From Mytilus edulis (taxonomy: Eukaryota), in assembly GCF_963676685.1 (NCBI RefSeq), contig NC_092345.1:44516001-44580000 (forward strand): a stretch of DNA of 64,000 nt, read 5' to 3'. This document shows, piece after piece, positions 38,358-50,144 of the stretch. How positions within the stretch are numbered: position 1 is the stretch's first letter; the number at the start of each line of letters is the position of its first letter. The position numbers and the translations under genes were made by a program. The notes beneath the pieces were generated by a model. The model saw nothing but the letters and a program-made list of their open reading frames with translations, was not told the DNA's origin and ran no database searches.

Positions 38358-40441
38358 TGTTCCAGACCATATGAGTATTTGGACCGTACGCGTACGGTCC
38401 GGACCGTATACGTATACTCGTATGGTCCGACCATACGCGTACGGTCGGACCGTATGAGTATACGCGTATGGTCCAGTACGAGCTGATTATACATGTTATT
38501 GGATCATATGAGTTAAATTTAAACAAACATTTATCACAATCTTTATTTCAAGTTTTACAAATTGTTATTATTAGAATTAGATGGATAAAATGATCAAACG
38601 AACAATTGAAATTAAATATTTGTTTAATTGTATATCTGAATCCTATTTTGGTACACTCGCCCAATGTGACACAAGTTACGTAATATTTTTTACATTATCA
38701 TGTTTGCAGTTCATGTATGTTCCTTTGCATTTGCATTTTTTTTTGTAAAGTTGCTAAATATTCTAAAACAATTGTCCTCCCACATTATGTTTACTTTGAT
38801 ATCTTCAATTTCAGTGATCATAATTCAATTAATGTATTACAGATCGACATGCTAAATACAAGAGATTAACATATTTAAAATTACAATTAGCGTGAATTTT
38901 AAAAAAAGTTAAAATATAAAGTTTTTATTTCAATCAAAATTGAACTATTTTATATTAATTTGAGAGTCAAGTTATGTTGATCTTTTATATGCATCTGGTA
39001 CGGGGCGCCGAATGGGACTCTTGTGGTTTTGTACTCAAAATTCAATTTTGTACGGACAAAAGTGACTTTTGTTCAACAAAAATAAGTTCAGTTTAACAAA
39101 ATTTGTATCATACTACAAATTTAAAATTTTGTCATACAAAATTATCTATCAGCGGACAAAAGTCACTTTTGTCATGACAAAATTCATTTTTGTTACACAG
39201 ACTTGAATTTTGTTACCTAATTTGAAAATTGGGCGACAAAAGTCAATTTTGTATTCAAATTAGTTTAGTTTGGTTTCTGTGAACTAATTTGCATACAAAA
39301 TCGACTTTTGTTACACAAAATTGACAAAAGTGAATTTTGTCTCAACAAAATTGACAAAATTGACTTTTGTCTCAACAAAATTGACAAAATTGAATTTTGT
39401 CTCAACAAAATTGACAAAATTGACTTTTGTCTCAACAAAATTGACAAAATTGACTTTTGTGAGACAAAATTGACTTTTGTGAGACAAAATTGACAAAATT
39501 GACTTTTGTCTCAACAAAATTGACAAAATTGAATTTTGTCTCAACAAAATTGATTTTTGTCTCACGAAAGTCAATTTTGTCTCACGAAAGTCAATTTTGT
39601 CTCATAAAAGTCAATTTTTTTGTTACAAAATTGAATTTTGTCGTCACAAAAATGAATTTTGTCGTCACAAAATTGACTTTTGTCTCAACAAAATTGACAA
39701 AATTGACTTTTGTCTCAACAAAATTAACAAAATTGACTTTTGTCTCAACAAAATTAACAAAATTGACTTTTGTCTCAACAAAATTGATTTTTGTCTCAAC
39801 AAAATTGACAGAATTGACTTTTGTCTCAACAAAATTAACAATATTGACTTTTGTCTCAACAAAATTGACAAAATTGAATTTTGTCTCACAAAAGTCAATT
39901 TTGTCTCACAAAAGTCAATTTTGTCTCACAAAAGTTAATTTTGTCTCACAAAAGTCAATTTTGTCTCACAAAATTGAATCTTACCTCACACAATTGACTT
40001 TTGTGATTTAATTTCCATATCAGGTAACAAAAGTCAATTTTGTATGCAAATATGTTTATATTTGCATACCTTTTAGACAAAATTGACTTTTGTCATGACA
40101 AATATGAATTTTGTCTACAAAAATGAATTTTGTCATGACAAAAATGAATTTTGTCTACACAAATGAATTTTGTCATCACAAAATTGAAGTTCTCACAAAA
40201 CAAAAGTCTGTAACACATAGTTTTGTAAGACAAAAATGATTTTGTTATGACAGAATTGAATTTTGTACAAAACCACAAGAGTCCCATTCGGCGCCCCGTA
40301 TCTGGGTCTAATAAACTTAACCAACTTCTTAATATAAGTCAGACCGTACGCGTACGGTCCGACCGTATGAGTATTTTGAAAAAGTACGCATACGGTCCAG
40401 ACCGTACGCGTACGGTCCAAATACTCATACGGTCTGGAACA
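38358..40441. mobile_element. DNA transposon with TGT..ACA termini and TATA flanks (Ginger-like), host of a nested element
   Basis: TIR of about 57 bp or more, TGTTCCAGACC.TATGAGTATTTGGACCGTACGCGTACGGTC, built from palindromic units. Confidence 0.75.
38999..40300. mobile_element. foldback-type element with an internal 10/20/30-bp repeat array
   Basis: perfect 36-bp TIR TACGGGGCGCCGAATGGGACTCTTGTGGTTTTGTAC flanked by direct TCTGG; interior made of TTTTGTCTCAACAAAATTGACAAAATTGAC variants. Confidence 0.85.
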
Positions 40442-40504
40442 TATATACTTCATTAATAAAGATTGAGCCTTTTGATAATGCACATAGATTTCCATGTTTA
40501 TAAA

Positions 40505-40861
40505 CATGGACGTCAAGTTGGTTACCTATTCCCTATTCCCTATTCGTTACCTATTCCCTATTCCCTATTCGTTACCTATTCGTTACCTATTCCCTATTCC
40601 CTATTCGTTACCTATTCGTTACCTATTCCCTATTCCCTATTCGTTACCTATTCGTTACCTATTCCCTATTCCCTATTCGTTACCTATTCCCTATTCCCTA
40701 TTCGTTACCTATTCGTTACTTATTCCCTATTCCCTATCGTTACCTATGCGTTACTTATTCGATTTTTAATATCCTTCCCCCTTTTTAATTAATTATTATG
40801 TCACCCGATCGACAATGTACAATGTAGGAATAGGGAATAGGTAACCAACTTGACGTCCATG
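40505..40861. mobile_element. MITE with CATGG termini (P-element-like) and an internal minisatellite
   Basis: 35-bp TIR CATGGACGTCAAGTTGGTTACCTATTCCCTATTCC; near-TSD TTATAAA/ATATAAA; CCTATTC/GTTA repeats. Confidence 0.75.
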
Positions 40862-40996
40862 ATATAAACAATATAATTTTTAGTCTGTGACATCACAAAT
40901 CAATACACAAAAATATTCTTGTAAATGGTAAAACGTAGGGAAGACAACAATACTTGTTCTGAAGACCGAGAACTCGATCACATTTCGTCTGGTGTT

Positions 40997-41171
40997 AATA
41001 GTTATCAAAAGTACCAGGTTTATAATTTAGTACGCCAGACGCGCGTTTCGTCTACATAAGACTCATCAGTGACGCTCATATCAAAATATTTATAAAGCCC
41101 AACAAGTACAAAGTTGAAGAGCATTGAGGATCCAAAATTCCAAAAAGTTGTGTCAAATAAGGCTAAGGTAA
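40997..41171 (-). mobile_element. 5'-truncated hammerhead-bearing retrozyme-like repeat (subfamily a)
   Basis: closely matches the reverse complement of 48865-49040. Confidence 0.8.
41032..41075 (-). ncRNA. type I hammerhead ribozyme, copy A (intact)
   Basis: GCGUCA-CUGAUGA-GUCU(UAUGU)AGAC-GAAA-CGCGCGUC^UGGCGU: full catalytic core, stems I and II, palindromic stem III ACGCGCGU; predicted cleavage between 41038 and 41037. Confidence 0.9.
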
Positions 41172-41839
41172 CTGAGAAATATATTCTACCTAGATTTGCA
41201 AGGTTTAAAACTTCCTCTATTATTGTCAGATGAAAATGTTCACCGTCCATAACACCTGACAAAATCAAACGCTAGACTATATCAATCAACGGAACCAATA
41301 GAAAATAGCTGTCATATTCTAGATTTGATACAGCTTGTATAAGGTTTCAGATTTAAAAAAAAAAATTCTCCTCTTTTAAACAGTCCGGTGTCGGAATTCA
41401 GTTGGCCCATAAACAACAAAATGTGTTCTCGTTCAATGAAATGGACGTCACATCCAAATTTAAAAAATATAAATTATCTAAAATTGTACTAAAGATACAA
41501 GACTAACTTGGCAAAGCCCAGATCATGTCGATTGCAAACTTTAAGTAGTCCTTACAAAGTTAGACAGACTATACCAGTACCATCTGCTGTGAATACCGAT
41601 GTATATATAAAGACTAGTTATTTATGAGTTTTGTTTTGGTTTGGAGAGTCACTATGGAGGCTGCTCTATATCATTTGGGAAATCCTCAGCTGTCTCCCCG
41701 AAGTCTTTTTTTTCAATTAATTACATTTTCTCTCGCATTGTCTACGTTCCCATGTGACAAGGTGATAAACGATTCTTATATTCTTATTCTAAGACTTATT
41801 TTGATATACATTTTCGGTATAATACGAAAGATGCGAAAA

Positions 41840-42215
41840 ATACCGCCAACGGGACATTCAAACTCATCGGTCAAAATAAACGGGGAAAACATGGCAAAAC
41901 GGAAAAAGACAAAAAGACAAACAACAGTACACAAAACACATCATAGAAAACAAAAGACTGAGGAACACGAACACAATAAACAACCTTTTCTGGTAGGGTA
42001 AGCCGATCTTGCTCCACATGTGACAACTACAAGTTATGTTGTTCATAGAAGTATAATTCGGTAATAAGTGTAACTCTGAAAGTGCACATTCGGAGGGGGG
42101 GGGGGGGTGGTGGTGGAAAAACTTGGAACTCTGGGTTTAATAGCTTTCTTATGAGCAGCAAACCTCTATCGAGGAAATGATGATAGGAAATACAAGCCCT
42201 GAATTTATGTATCAA
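41840..42215 (-). mobile_element. Penelope-like retroelement 3' fragment (RT C-terminal relic plus 3' UTR)
   Basis: LIHKFRACISYHHFLDRGLLLIRKLLN resembles the PLE RT thumb motif (QLIRYxRAC); the downstream cacatgtggagca...gagtttga UTR recurs at 19870, 57465 and 59360. Confidence 0.6.
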
Positions 42216-42794
42216 CGTTAAGGTTTGGTTGTTGTAGTTTAATTGCGGATTGCGAAGAGAACCCTAAAATGAAATGTCGCACAACAAGAAAATTTGCATT
42301 ACATAGAGTTGCTATAAACCATTTAAGCGACAGGCATCAAACTCTTTGAATTGTGACCTGTTTAGAGAAAAAGACAAGAAGGAATCTTGAACAGCGTTTA
42401 CATGAAGTCTAGTGTACAACCTTTTTTTTTAGAAGAGTTTGATGCAACTTGTAATGGTATTTTTACATTCCTTATAAAAATATGAAGTTGTAGTAAGATT
42501 GCCAACGAAACGTTTTTCCACAAGAGAGCAAATGACGTAGAATTTAGCAACTATACTCTCCCGTTTAAGCAAATCTTATTCAGCATGGGAAGCAATAAGC
42601 TGTCTGGTATTTTAAATGAACATGTATTCTGTTTGATTCAACTGGGGTTTTAAACAGGTTTAATCCACCATTTTCTACATAACATGCATAAGGATATGCC
42701 TTTACCAAGTCTGTAATAGGACATTTGTTTTCAATTCGTTTGATGTGTTTGGCTTTTGATTTTGCCATTTGACGAGAGACATTGCGTTTAAAAA

Positions 42795-45729
42795 TGAGAA
42801 CATCAAAGGTCAGTATTTTTGTTATTATACTTTTTAATTTAGAAACAAATTATCTTTAATTTAGGAATGTGCCAATGATATCAATAACTCAATATTCGGT
42901 TTTCAACAATAAACGGATGTCTATATGTTTTTGTTTGTTTGTCGTTTTTCTGTGCTTTACCATGATGATAATAAGTATGGGGTCTTAGTCATTTATCGGC
43001 AAATATTTTATCATATGGCTGCATCCTTTGCCTCATATAGATGTTTGTAGCATTTGATTATAGTATGAAATTGTTTATACCTTTTTCTCATTTATTGAAC
43101 AATAGTAAACCTAATGATTTTTTCAATCGTGTGAAACCTTGCCGCGAAGCATAATCGGAACAATACCATGGCTAAGTATTATGTTATATTGTATTCGTTT
43201 AAGGAACTGAGGTGATAATTTATCAGACTCTGTAGCTCTGTTTTTGGTATTTTTGCATTTATATGTACTGTATCCCCGTCATATGAAATGTTGTCAGTTT
43301 ACCAGTATCTTTAAAATTGCCATAAAGCACGGAGGTTTGGCTAGCCAAAAAACCAGGTTTAACTTACCATTTTTTCTTCATATGTCTTGTGCAGAGTCAA
43401 AAATATGGCAGTTGTTATACAAGAGTTCGTTTCTATGTATGTTGTACTGTTTGGTTTTTTTTTTTTTTTTTGCACTTCAGTGTTCTGTTGATTTTTTGTT
43501 TCCTCTTATACATTTGTAGTTGATGTGTTTCCCTTTGGTTTTAGTTTGTAACCCGGATTTGTTTTCTCTTAATTGATTTATGACTTTTGAACAGCGGTAT
43601 ACTACTTTTGCATTTATTTGTACGGGTAAATATTCTGACTTTGATCATCACTCCATTTGAAGACTCGTTAAGTTTGGAGCCTTTGTGGTTTACTCCTACT
43701 TAACAATGTTTTTATGATTTTAGTTATTAGATAGTTGTTTTGGAGTTTATTGTGACATCCATATTTACTTAACAAGTACACATATTTTTTTAGGTGCCAG
43801 CTGAGGCCCATTTTCTCGCTGCGTTACGTTAATGACCCATCGGTGGCCTTCAGCTGTTATCAGTCTCTTTTTTGGTCAGATTGTGGTCTCTTTGAAACAT
43901 TCCCCATTTCCATTCTCAATTTTAGAACAGCAGAATTATTGACTTATTCAGAGACAAGAAAAGAATGAATCTAAAGCCCCGGTCCCACTAGACCACGATA
44001 AAGTCGTAAAAGTAAATTAAGATCGTGGTGAGGTCGCAGAATGAGCAGCATGAAAATGTAAATTTTCGTTGCTTTCACGATGCTACTACGTCCTCATTAC
44101 GCTTCTACAACGATCCCGATACGGTTATACCACGTTCTCACCGCGCTTATTATGCGTCCTCACTACGCTTATCAAGATCTTTCGACGCTCATCACGTTCT
44201 CACTACGACCATACCACGAGTTATCCGATTGTAACACGATCTTACCACGCCTTTACTGCGATTATAGTACGTTCTTACCACGATTATACTACGTTCATAC
44301 CGAGATCTTACTACCATGTTTTCAGTATAATAACGTCAACATCGTGTTCCATATCATTACAATTCCATTCCTTCTATTTGTGATTAATACATGGATTTTT
44401 TTGAGAACATCAAAGGTCAGTATTTTTGTTATTATACTTTTTAATTTAGAAACAAATTATTTTTAATTTAGGAATGTGCCAATTCGATCAATAAGTCAAC
44501 ATTCGGTTTTCAACAATAGACGGGCGTCTATATGTTTGATTTTACTGTTTTTGTTTGATTGTCGTTTTTCTTTGCTTTACCATGGTGATAATAAGTATGG
44601 GTCTTAGTCATTTATCCATCCATTTATCGGCAAATATTTTATGATATGACTGCATCCTTTGCCTCATATTGATGTTTGTAGCATTTGATTATAGTATGAA
44701 ATTGTTTATACCTTTTTCTCATTTATTGAACAATAGTAAACCTAATGATTTTTTCAATCGTGTGAAACCTGCCGCGAAGCATAATCGGAACACTACCATG
44801 GCTAAGTATTATGTTATACATTTATTGTATTCGTTTGAGGTGAAAATTAATCAGACTCTGTAGCTCTGTTTTTTTGTATTTTTGCATTTATTTGTACTGT
44901 ATCCCCGTCATATGTAATGTTGTAGTTTAGCGGTATCTTTAACATTGCCATAAAGCGCGGAAGTTTGGCTAGCTAAAAAAACAGGTTTAACTAACCATTT
45001 TTTCTTCAAATGTCCTGTACAGAGTCAGAAATATGGCAGTTGTTATACAAGAGTATGTATGTTGTATTGTTGTTTGTTTTTTGTTGCACATCAGTGTTCT
45101 GTTGATTTTTTGTTTCCTCTTATACATTTATAGTTGATGTGTTTCCCTTGGTTTTTTAGTTTGTAACCCGGATCTGTTTTCTCTTAATCGATTTATGACT
45201 TTTGAACAGCGGTATATTACTTTTGCATTTATTTGTACGGGTAAATATTTTGCAGCAACTTTGATCCTTGTGAAGACTCGTAAAGTTTGGAGCCTTTGTG
45301 GTTTACTCCTACTAAAGTCTAGACTGGTTCCCGATCGCAATATTAAGTATGTTACACATATACCAATATAACGTCGTGAGAGAGTATGGCTAATAACTAA
45401 TAGGTGGAACGTAGTACCGGGAACCAGGATAACTAAAGTCGTACATAGTTTTATTAGTCTGGAATGTTTTTATAATTTTAGTTCATAGATACTTGTTTTG
45501 GAGTTTACTGTGACGTCCATTTTTACTAAACAAGTACACATATTTATTTAGGTACCAGCTGAGGACCATTTTCTCGCTGCGTTAACTTGAGACCCATTGG
45601 TGGCCTTCGGCTGTTATCAGACTTTTTTTTGGTCGGATTGTTGTCTCTTTGACATATTCCCGATTTCCATTCTCAATTTTAGAACAGCAGAATTATTGAC
45701 TTATTCAGAGACAAGAAAAGAATGAATCT
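42795..45729. repeat. direct segmental duplication (42795-43972 and 44402-45729) separated by a CACGA-rich transposon-end fragment
   Basis: collinear high-identity copies; duplicated ORF remnants. Confidence 0.9.
45320..45431. mobile_element. 112-bp MITE with 9-bp TSD (Academ-like)
   Basis: TIR TAGACTGGTTCCCG / CGGGAACCAGGATA; ACTAAAGTC duplicated at 45311-45319 and 45432-45440. Confidence 0.8.
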
Positions 45730-46548
45730 TAAACAGCGTCTAAATCAATTATGATGCAAATACAATCCTTCGGAAAATAAGGAGATGTGCTATGACTGAC
45801 ATTGAAACAATTTTCTACAAGGGAACAGTGAACAATATTGCCTACAACTATTACACGGTGGATAGATTTTTAATTTACCTCCTTAAAAACTAGATGATTT
45901 TTTTCTTTGACTTCTTATATTCATGTTACTGCAATGAATTTGGAGAATTGAAGTTTTATGGCAGTAAATAATAAAAACCCATCTTCTTATTAATTATTAT
46001 TTTGGTATGTTGTCGCCGTGCTTTGCAAATACCTTAAGATCTAAAATTTAATTCGTTATCACATATTTATCGTGTTATAACCAAATATACATTAGTTTTA
46101 AGGAATTGAATTTGCTATATTGAACTATCTTCATCGAAAACCTTACAAACCTGACAGAAATCATTGCTGTTAATGTTTCTGTTATTGATTTCAGTCAGGA
46201 ATATGACAGTTGTTTTACATTTGTTTGAAATTTTTGAGCTTTTGATATTACCATTTGATGAGGGACTTTCCGTTCAAAAATTTTCTTGGAGATTTTGTTA
46301 TTTAACCCTTTTTTTCTACATACTGTATAATGTTATGGTTGATATCAGCACACTTCAAATACATTTACCAGTCTATTGTTTCTTTAGTTATTCTACCAAA
46401 ATTCGGGAGGTAACAATCAAGAAGAGACAACTTATACATGTAATTGATTATAAAAGTTTTATATCTTAGAATATATAATAACAAAAAGTTTATCTCATTA
46501 CAATAAGTAAATGCATAAGCAAACAGTAAAATTTATTTACAAATCATG

Positions 46549-46704
46549 TTATTTTCTCATTCCTGGATTTTCAAAATATTCTTTATCCGTTTTCAACATT
46601 CGATCTTGATCCACAAGCTATTCAATGGATGGAGTGTCTATAAATTACCTCTCAATTCGTGGGGACATAAGTTTCTCTGCCATATCATAGAGTTCACCTA
46701 CAGT
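46549..46704 (-). pseudogene. isolated terminal-exon-like relic (TVGELYDMAEKLMSPRIER*FIDTPSIE*LVDQDRMLK...)
   Basis: strong acceptor catttttcag, protein-like frame broken by two stops, AATAAA just downstream (46537-46532). Confidence 0.3.
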
Positions 46705-46743
46705 CTGAAAAATGATATATATTGTTTTAGACAAATGCAGTCT

Positions 46744-47070
46744 TTGCTGACGATAATACCACCCCAGTAGTTAGCACTTGCTGACATGAATTATCATTGA
46801 TATAGTCATATTTATAAATTAACTGTTTACAAAACTCAAGTTTTGAATGTTTGAAATACTAAGGATTTTATACCTCAGGAACATATTTCCTTAGCTGTAT
46901 TTTGGCAAAACTTTCAGGAATTGTGGTCCTCAATGCTCTTCAACTTCGTACTTTATTTGGCCTTTTTAACTTTTTTGGATTCGAGCGTCACTGATGAGTC
47001 TTTTGTAGACGAAATGCGCGTCTGGAGTAAATACAAATATTGATCCTGGTATCTATGGTGAGTTTATTTA
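46744..47070 (+). mobile_element. longest hammerhead-bearing retrozyme-like repeat, about 330 bp (subfamily b)
   Basis: homologous to copies A and C around the ribozyme; its 5' part matches a fragment at 63030-63092 on -. Confidence 0.75.
46985..47028 (+). ncRNA. type I hammerhead ribozyme, copy B (near-intact)
   Basis: GCGUCA-CUGAUGA-GUCU(UUUGU)AGAC-GAAA-UGCGCGUC^UGGAGU; core intact, one U.G wobble in stem III, one mismatch in stem I; cleavage after 47022. Confidence 0.82.
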
Positions 47071-48831
47071 TATACTTGATTTATATGTACATTAATTTCT
47101 ATCATACTACGGTTTATCTCATTTATAAGATAAACCAATTTAATTAAAGAGAAATGATAACTGCTTCATTCGGATCCGGTTCTCGTTTCCCGCACATCAA
47201 CGTCACATGAGTGTGTATAGACTCACTCAAGTGGCAAGATTAAGGGGTTATGATCGTTTCCCGTAATTGTACGTCGGATCATATTAGGTTTTTACTTTCC
47301 TGCGGTACCGCAGGAAGTTCTATTGAGACCATCTCATGTCTACCCTGAGTGGCCGGTTCTGAATTGGTACCAGTTCGAGCTTGACTGTTTTATGATACAT
47401 AGTACGGCCTATGTATTCAGTGTGCATATAGAGTTTTATGATATAGAAACTGTTAATCTTTACTCCCCTGAAACCAGGGGGTGATGCGAATAAGACCCGA
47501 CGTATTTGGGGATCATAACCCTCGTTCTCTTGAGGCTGAACCTTGAGGAACTTGAGCATCCATTGCTACCAATGGTGCACAGATTTGTCAGTTAAATCAA
47601 TCATGTCGGCATTCTGTAATCATGTCAGACCTCGTCATTCTAAGTGAACTGTGGCCGTTAATTCCATGTTTTTGCCTGAAACTTTATTCTTTGATTAAAT
47701 TGTAAATATACATTTCTGATAAAATGCTAAAAAGCTTTAGTGTATAATTACGAATGAGTCACGCTCCAACATACAGGAGAACAACTCCTAGTGATTTGCC
47801 TTTTTTCTGTTTGCTTGAATGTATGACTTTTATCTGTTTTCATTTAAAAAAAAAGATATTATATGAAAAACCCCTTGAAACTAATAGTGTGATATTTTAA
47901 CAAGGAATTTATATAATGAATCCAGCGATTTAAATGTTTCATATTTTCCATGATAGTATTCTTCCAAGGTTTTAGAAAAAGCCTGTGTTCATCCAAGTAT
48001 ATTGCTATTCCTACTACCAATATTATTATTTCATATTTTTAAAAGTAACTCACCATAAAAACTTTATCCTCGTTTCAAAATCTAATCGAATGTTCACATA
48101 AATTATAACGAACCAGGTATCTTAACTAACGAATTATCTTGTTAACCAGAATAACTTTGGTGTATTTTTCTAACTCATTCCCCCCAAAAAAAATCGATTT
48201 TCTTATTTAAGATTGAACAAAAGATTTCACTAAAAAGATAAAACATGCATCTCTGAACATAGTAAAATTCTTTCTGAGTCCGGCCTAATCTCGTATCAAA
48301 ATATTAATGAGACTATCTTGAAGTGAAGCTATAATGTGTAGTAATTGCAGTATCGCTCAAACTGCAAGAAGCAAGAATCCAAAACTAAATATTCAAAATT
48401 TTGGAGATAACATTTAATGATAAGAATATTGACATCTTACATACAAATATTTTAAGATTCATGCCTAAGACTTTGCTTTTCAAATTCGTGGGGACAAAGA
48501 CGTGACCGTATCAAACCTTCTCTTTTCATTCAGTCTTTTTAAGGATACACATATTTAGATAAGGTGATTACAAATGAGACAACCATATACACTGGAGACG
48601 CGAGGATGAAGGCAACTATACTTCACAGTGTGCCCTTCAATAACGAGCGAAACTGAAGGGTATAGAAAGCTACCGTTTATCGTATTAGTTACTATAAAAG
48701 ACATATAAAAGGCTCTGTAATAAAGCTCCTTATTTTCAAATCCAGAAACTTTTAATAATTACTAGCATTTGACGTGCATTGATTGGTCTAGAACCGATAC
48801 AAGAGAGGAAATCGGACACAACATGTAATAG

Positions 48832-49040
48832 AAAAACTAAGGATTTTCTTATCCCAGGCATAGATTACCTTAGCCGTATTTGGTACAACTTTTTGGAATT
48901 TTGGATCCTCAATGCTCACCAACTTTTTACTTGTTTGGCTTTATAAATATTTTGATTTGAGCGTCACTGATGAGTCTTATGTAGACGAAACGCGCGTCTG
49001 GCGTACTAAATTCTAATCCTGGTACCTTTGATAACTATTT
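48832..49040 (+). mobile_element. 5'-truncated hammerhead-bearing retrozyme-like repeat (subfamily a)
   Basis: shared body taaggatttt...ttaccttagccgtatttgg...tcctcaatgctc, then hammerhead, then cctggtacctttgataactattt. Confidence 0.8.
48961..49004 (+). ncRNA. type I hammerhead ribozyme, copy C (intact)
   Basis: identical to copy A over 44 nt; cleavage after 48998. Confidence 0.9.
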
Positions 49041-49859
49041 AGCGACTAAATTCACCGAAAAGAAAGGAAAAAACCCAGAATAAACATCTGCAATAACATA
49101 TTATTTGCGTAAACAAATAACTAAATTCATGTGAAAATTGTTTTTAAAGGGGCATAACGTTTTTAAATTTTTTATATTTTTAAACGAGGTCAATATGTAA
49201 TCATTTTATCTAAAATAAACTCGTAAAGTTAACACATTTGAAAATGACATTAACATTTCAGCTGGAACATGATAATATTGACAGTTTACTATTCACAGAT
49301 TTAAGTAAATGGGTTATTAAAGAGCAATTTAACTATCAATGTAGGCGAGATGCCATATGCTGTATCAAAATATTTCATTTAAACTCTTATATTTGATCAT
49401 ATTTTTCTTATTAAGAACAAACAACACCTTTATGTGTTATAATACAATCCAATATAAGGTGTAAAATAGAGATGCTTTGAGTGTATTATTGAAACAAAAC
49501 AACAGCAGACATGTTCGAAAACATGATCAAAATTAACCTAATCACTCTCAACAATGCTCAAGTTATATGAAGCTTTTGTCATGTTTGTTTAAAATAACAT
49601 TATAAAAACGGACAATCGTAGTCAAACCAAAAGTTCTTTGGGAAGTATTGACTTTAAGCTGCGACTTATAGATAAAAGGACATAAAATAAGATTAGTAAA
49701 ACATATTTTTGTCTCCAAATCATAATCTGTTTTATTCATTGTTAAATCTACTTTGATATCCACAGAGCAGATATATTTATGTGTAAAACATTTTCATTTG
49801 CATTCATCTTTTTCTGGCTTTGCACACTCTCGATTGAAAAAAAAATAAATGGAAATTAA

Positions 49860-50132
49860 GGTGGTACCCAACACTTTCACTAAAATTAATTTGGCTCGTT
49901 TAATTTTCATAAAATTTTGACAAAGTATTTACTTTGACCCTTTAACAAAAATATAAAAAATTCAAAAAAATTGAACCAAGCGTTTTATCAGAAAAATTAC
50001 ACTGGTTATATAGCAGTTTGACAAACACTAATTTTGATCATTGAGAAGCTTAATATTCCCTTAACAACACAACGTCATTAAAACGTTTAGCTGATTTTAC
50101 AGAGTTATCTCCCTGTAGTGTTAGGTACCACC
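49860..50132. mobile_element. Kolobok-like MITE with TTAA TSD
   Basis: ttaa|GGTGGTACC.AACACT...AGTGTT.GGTACCACC|ttaa; degenerate relative at about 18418-18620. Confidence 0.8.
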
Positions 50133-50144
50133 TTAACCGCATGT

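Noticed and set aside
39265-40011. Multiple overlapping ORFs of up to 173 aa
   Set aside because: Translations of a stop-free 30-bp tandem array inside a foldback transposon
40463-40792. Repetitive ORFs (LPIPYSLFVTYS)n
   Set aside because: Minisatellite inside a MITE
47511-47524. Telomerase RNA template (TAACCCT)
   Set aside because: Only 7 nt, buried in a long stem and in the 3' half; no recognisable pseudoknot or H/ACA arrangement
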